Part shown: piece after piece, positions 60,233 to 64,000 of the stretch
How positions within the stretch are numbered: position 1 is the stretch's first letter
Layout: each line of letters begins with the position of its first letter
From: a virus
Length of the DNA stretch: 64,000 bases
Virus record (IMG/VR): IMGVR_UViG_3300042451_000817
Coordinates: 5,911 to 69,910 of that record
Reading direction: 5' to 3' (one strand)
Translations under genes and position numbers: made by a program
The notes under the pieces: model-generated
What the model saw: the letters and a program-made list of their open reading frames with translations, nothing else
What the model was told of the DNA's origin: nothing
The model's database searches: none

Positions 60233-60907
60233 TCATTTTAATTGATTATAATAATTATCGGTAAATTTTGGTTCTAAATCAATATTTCCTTCTATTTTAT
60301 CACATAATCTTCCAACCCACTCATTAACTCTTTCTTGCGAAATATCTCCCATACCTGAAACGTGATATGTATTCATCCCCCACCTATAAATCATTGTTGG
60401 GTTTTCAACCGATTCGTGTATTTTACCATTATTTTTAAAAGTAATATCAAAATCTTCTCCAAAACTTTTATTAGTGAAATTAACTTTATTTAAGTATTTT
60501 TTAGTGTAAACGTTCCCATTATTAACATTACCTCCAACGTTTACAAATTTGTTATTAACAAAATAATAATGTTTATCTCTACGATAAATCTCATACCCGG
60601 GGTTTTCCTTAATCTGACTTTCAACTAAACTTAGAGCATTTGGTCCTAATAAATCATCATCATCTAATCTATAGATGTATTCATATTTACATTGGTCAAA
60701 TCCCCATTTTAATTTTTGAGATATATTATCGAACCTATTTTTTAAATTAAAAATTTTAACATTTTCACAATCTATGTTGTAAGTCGTATTTGGGTCATCA
60801 TTAATAATGACCATTTCAGAATTTTCATAGTCTTGTTTTAAATAAGAGCATATCGCTTCTTCTAATAAATTTTTTCTACGATAAGTTAATGTTAATACGG
60901 AAATCAT
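60233..60907 (-). CDS. Glycosyltransferase family 2
   Basis: 'ISVLTLTYRR', 'QDY', 'IIND', 'RLDDDD', 'GEDF'. Confidence 0.88.
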   Translation of the reverse strand: MISVLTLTYRRKNLLEEAICSYLKQDYENSEMVIINDDPNTTYNIDCENVKIFNLKNRFDNISQKLKWGFDQCKYEYIYRLDDDDLLGPNALSLVESQIKENPGYEIYRRDKHYYFVNNKFVNVGGNVNNGNVYTKKYLNKVNFTNKSFGEDFDITFKNNGKIHESVENPTMIYRWGMNTYHVSGMGDISQERVNEWVGRLCDKIEGNIDLEPKFTDNYYNQLK

Positions 60908-61134
60908 AAACTCTCGTACTTCATAAATGATTCAAGAGTTTTTAACTTGTCATCAGCGTTTGAGATTTTTTCAATTAATTTATCCATTTCTTCAACGTGC
61001 TGCGGATGTTCTCCAATTCCAACAGGGGATGTGAAATAAATTAAAAGTGTTGCTTCTGCCTCAGCCATCTGAGATTTGTATTTATATTGCAATGATTCAT
61101 ACATTGCCATTCTGATTCTAGGGTCTTTGTTCAT
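60904..61134 (-). CDS. Conserved small phage protein
   Basis: 'PVGIGEHPQHVEEMDKL'; likely start 61134. Confidence 0.7.
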   Translation of the reverse strand: MNKDPRIRMAMYESLQYKYKSQMAEAEATLLIYFTSPVGIGEHPQHVEEMDKLIEKISNADDKLKTLESFMKYESL

Positions 61135-61164
61135 AAGAATAATTTTAATTAAATAAATAATAAG

Positions 61165-61200
61165 AAAAAAAGGGTGTAATATCAACTATCACACCCTTTT
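61165..61200 (-). terminator. Terminator after SSB
   Basis: AAAAGGGTGT...ACACCCTTTT inverted repeat. Confidence 0.65.
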
Positions 61201-61206
61201 AGATTT

Positions 61207-62061
61207 TTAGAAAGGCATATCTTCGTCAGGTTCTTGATTTTCTTGTGGGTCAGAATATTTGTTAGATTTCTTACCTCCCATATCAATAGTTTCTGATGAT
61301 GAAGATCCATATACGTATTTTCCTGAGTCTGAATCCCAACGTGGAGTTTCTCCTCTTGCGATAGCCTCAAGATATTCTTCAGGTTTTTTAGAATAAACAT
61401 CTTCCCAAGTTAATTCATCATTAATCCAAGAATTTGAAGTTTCGATATCTGTGTGTACAGGTGCCGAATCATCATACATAATTGTTTGAATTACGGTGTA
61501 TGTCGCTCCTTTTGGAGTTTTAGCCTTTGTAAGCTCAAGGATTAAGTCTCTTCCTTTTTCAGGGTCGGTAATATCTCCTTTGTTTCTCCAAATCGGAATA
61601 ATCTTATCTAAGATTCCTTCATTTTTGTAGTTGTGTTTGAATCTCCAAAACTTAACACCATCCGATTCGTTATCTCTATCAACAACTTTTACAATATAAA
61701 ACTTACGAGGTTTATACGTTGATGCCAATTTTTTATCATTCTCCTTACCTGTCGCCATTAGTTCTTCGTAAACTTCAGTTAAAGGTGAACGCTCGTTATC
61801 GTTTTTACCTGGGTCATATAATTTAACCCATTTTCCGTCTACTTGAACTTCGTGAAACCACACTTCTTTAAAAGGTGATGATCCGTCTTTTGTTGGTAAA
61901 ATTCTTAATCTTTTTTGTCCTTGTTTTTCGTTGTCTTTAAGGATTGCTGCGAAGTATTTTTTCATCCTTTCGTCTTGTGACATTTTTGAGGTGGATGATG
62001 AACCTTGTTTTGATTGTTCGTACTGAGCCAGTACCGCGTCTAATGAATTGTTTGTCGCCAT
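61207..62061 (-). CDS. Single-stranded DNA-binding protein (T4 gp32-like)
   Basis: 'RLRILP', 'WFH', 'FYIVKVVDRD', 'DITDPEKGRDL', acidic tail ending DEDMPF. Confidence 0.85.
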   Translation of the reverse strand: MATNNSLDAVLAQYEQSKQGSSSTSKMSQDERMKKYFAAILKDNEKQGQKRLRILPTKDGSSPFKEVWFHEVQVDGKWVKLYDPGKNDNERSPLTEVYEELMATGKENDKKLASTYKPRKFYIVKVVDRDNESDGVKFWRFKHNYKNEGILDKIIPIWRNKGDITDPEKGRDLILELTKAKTPKGATYTVIQTIMYDDSAPVHTDIETSNSWINDELTWEDVYSKKPEEYLEAIARGETPRWDSDSGKYVYGSSSSETIDMGGKKSNKYSDPQENQEPDEDMPF

Positions 62062-62148
62062 TTGTTATATAATTTAATTGTTTATACGAAAATATAAGTG
62101 TCAGCCTTTAAAAAGTCAAATTTGAGGTCACATTACGTGACCCCTTAA

Positions 62149-62826
62149 TTATCTAATTTTTTGGAAATTATCTTCAATGTCATCTTTTCCTTGTTCAAAA
62201 TCTCTAAAACTTTTTTTAATTTCAGATGGTGAATAATCCTCAACCTCATCTTTAGTTAAGATATACTCTTCTTTTCCAGTTTTTTCAAAATCTTCTCTTT
62301 TATCTTCAAAAAAATCTGAAAGTTTTTGATTAAAAGGTCCTGAATCTAAAGATCGTAATTCCAATTTTTCTTGCGATGATTTAGGTCTATACTTTTCAAC
62401 CTTAGCTTCAAGATCGTTTAATTTATTAACTATAGTGTCCATATCTGATAATTTATTTTCTAAATCATTTAAATGTTTAAATAAAGTATCAAAATATTCT
62501 TCTTGTTTTTTCTCAACCGTTTTTTGAGATTTAACTAAATCAGTAATTTCTAATTCTTCTTTACCTTCTTTTTCATCACCAATTTTTTCAACATCAGGGT
62601 CAGTTGCGGTATCAACAGGTTGTGGGGTTGTATCAACTGGTGCGGGTGGAGGTGTTGCGGTTGCCGGATCAGCGGGCAATGCCGCGTCGTCAACAGGTGG
62701 TATTCCTGAGTCAGGTGGTGGGGGTAATGCAGGGTCTTCTGCGGGTGGAATCTCTTGTTCCGTTAAGTAGTTATTAATTTGCTTATATCTACCTATCTCT
62801 TTTAATATTTTATCATCAATTCCCAT
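62149..62826 (-). CDS. Pro/acidic-rich hypothetical protein, possible head/scaffold component
   Basis: Pro-rich linker, coiled coil, N-terminal 'ILKEIGRYKQI...LTEQ'. Confidence 0.65.
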   Translation of the reverse strand: MGIDDKILKEIGRYKQINNYLTEQEIPPAEDPALPPPPDSGIPPVDDAALPADPATATPPPAPVDTTPQPVDTATDPDVEKIGDEKEGKEELEITDLVKSQKTVEKKQEEYFDTLFKHLNDLENKLSDMDTIVNKLNDLEAKVEKYRPKSSQEKLELRSLDSGPFNQKLSDFFEDKREDFEKTGKEEYILTKDEVEDYSPSEIKKSFRDFEQGKDDIEDNFQKIR

Positions 62827-62830
62827 ATTA

Positions 62831-63055
62831 TTAACCGTTTAATAATTGTTTAATACCTGTTTTTGTTTCAACTTGTATTTTTTTATTTGTATTTAATGTG
62901 TTATCCACTCTCTCAATAAGACCATCTTTCATTCTTAAAGTATAACATTCTCCTGTGTCCAAATCACAAACTTGTTTAGACCCATCACCTAAATCTTTTT
63001 CTGACATTCTTGTGTTTTTACCCAAGTAATTGTCTAATATTAATTTTGTATTCAT
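62831..63055 (-). CDS. Hypothetical protein
   Basis: 74 aa, preceded by TATTTAT. Confidence 0.7.
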   Translation of the reverse strand: MNTKLILDNYLGKNTRMSEKDLGDGSKQVCDLDTGECYTLRMKDGLIERVDNTLNTNKKIQVETKTGIKQLLNG

Positions 63056-63082
63056 AATTGTTTTTTTATATAAATATCTTAT

Positions 63083-64000
63083 TTATGGAGAAATTCCTTG
63101 TGACGCAGCATTAAATAAATCTATCGCCTTTTGCGTTAAATTATTCTCAATAACTGATAATTCTTCTTGACTAAATTTTTTATACACATCTTCATTTGGT
63201 TTAAATCCCGAATATATTATTAAAAATTTAGTAATTTCCGTTTTATCAATATTTTTAACTTTACCGATAGTATTTTTCCAATGATCTCTCAACATACTTA
63301 TTAAGGCATCTAAACTATTAAAACTTGACATAGGAGTCTCGCTGTATGAACAGAAATAATTAGAATTGAAATAATTATTTCCTAATTGAGCCCAATTCTC
63401 GTTCAATCCTATAGACGCAAAATTGTAATCATACGCTTTAAAAATATTATTAGTATCATAACTATTAATATATATTGACGCGAATATTGTTACTTTTAAT
63501 TTTAAAGGATAATTTCCAACATTTAAAATTTCATTAATTTTTTCAATTATCTCTTTACTATTATATTTTCTAATTGTTGGGTTTATTTTTGTAAAGTTAC
63601 TATATTTGTTAATTGGTTGGCAACTTTGATTAATAGATAAAGTGCTAGAGTTTTTACTAGTTTCTTGTTTAATTATCTTATCTTTTTCTGCAGTATCCGT
63701 ATTGGATTGAGTATTTTCCTTATCTTTTTGAGTTTTAAAAGTGTCTTGAATTGATTGTAATAAATTCGCCTTTAAAACTTGTAAAGGATCCACAGGAGGT
63801 ACTTCTGAAGCGTTTTGTCTTACACCTGTAAAACTTGTTGTAAATGTTCCGGGACTTATTTTATGAGTAACCTCAAGTATCATATATGAACCACTAAACA
63901 TTGGTACATACCTTAAATTAAAATACATTGTTGGTTGTATCATAGCATTGCCCATCATACTCACACTACAACTATAACTCCTATTTTTATATAAATTGTA
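63083..64000 (-). CDS. C-terminal part of a large baseplate hub-like protein (5' end outside window)
   Basis: Frame is open to the window end; 'MGNAMIQP...FSGSYMILEVTHKI...FTTSFTGVR' hub/GpD-like motif. Confidence 0.6.
   Translation of the reverse strand, partial: YNLYKNRSYSCSVSMMGNAMIQPTMYFNLRYVPMFSGSYMILEVTHKISPGTFTTSFTGVRQNASEVPPVDPLQVLKANLLQSIQDTFKTQKDKENTQSNTDTAEKDKIIKQETSKNSSTLSINQSCQPINKYSNFTKINPTIRKYNSKEIIEKINEILNVGNYPLKLKVTIFASIYINSYDTNNIFKAYDYNFASIGLNENWAQLGNNYFNSNYFCSYSETPMSSFNSLDALISMLRDHWKNTIGKVKNIDKTEITKFLIIYSGFKPNEDVYKKFSQEELSVIENNLTQKAIDLFNAASQGISP

Noticed and set aside
638-61400. Antisense or overlapping ORFs in the track (e.g. 3406..3672, 7914..8549, 20407..20856, 25655..26041, 48517..48969, 50395..50799, 61182..61400)
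   Set aside because: They are shadows of well-supported genes, with no motifs and atypical composition
1-64000. Stop-codon reassignment as in some jumbo phages
   Set aside because: Conserved genes are intact under code 11 with high coding density; TAA, TAG and TGA all terminate genes
1-64000. Eukaryotic giant virus origin (LRR, EGF-like, mucin-like features)
   Set aside because: Sigma70, T4-like gp6/gp25/gp32/gp41, amidase fold and bacterial promoters/terminators indicate a bacteriophage
1-64000. tRNA/rRNA genes
   Set aside because: Intergenic gaps are short and AT-rich, and no cloverleaf or T-loop consensus was noticed; a tRNAscan-SE run would confirm

Overview
AT-rich, gene-dense, mostly minus-strand segment of a large (jumbo-type) myovirus genome using the standard bacterial code. 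The host is inferred to be Bacteroidota, from TTTG-N20-TAnnTTTG promoters, a Bacteroidota-type RpoD-like sigma factor, SprB repeats, an Hc1-like protein and a Gln(+1) signal peptide. From left to right the window holds: a redox/accessory block (MetK-like remnant, glutaredoxin, thioredoxin, PcfJ-like, DUF932, LRR protein, Dam-like methylase, LAGLIDADG endonuclease, DnaJ); probable head/internal proteins; a putative lysis block with a secreted nuclease; sigma70; SbcCD-like proteins, a Cas4-like nuclease, primase and RuvC; a ~25 kb tail/baseplate region; NrdAB; an intein-containing helicase, 5'-3' exonuclease, UvsX/RecA, a GT2 and SSB. The most notable signal is a plant-type (GT95/GT96-like) peptidyl O-glycosyltransferase homolog embedded among Cys-rich structural proteins with mucin-like poly-Thr/Pro-Thr tracts, PA14-like, EGF-like and SprB domains. 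This suggests a phage-encoded virion O-glycosylation system. All family assignments come from motif recognition by eye; no database searches were run.
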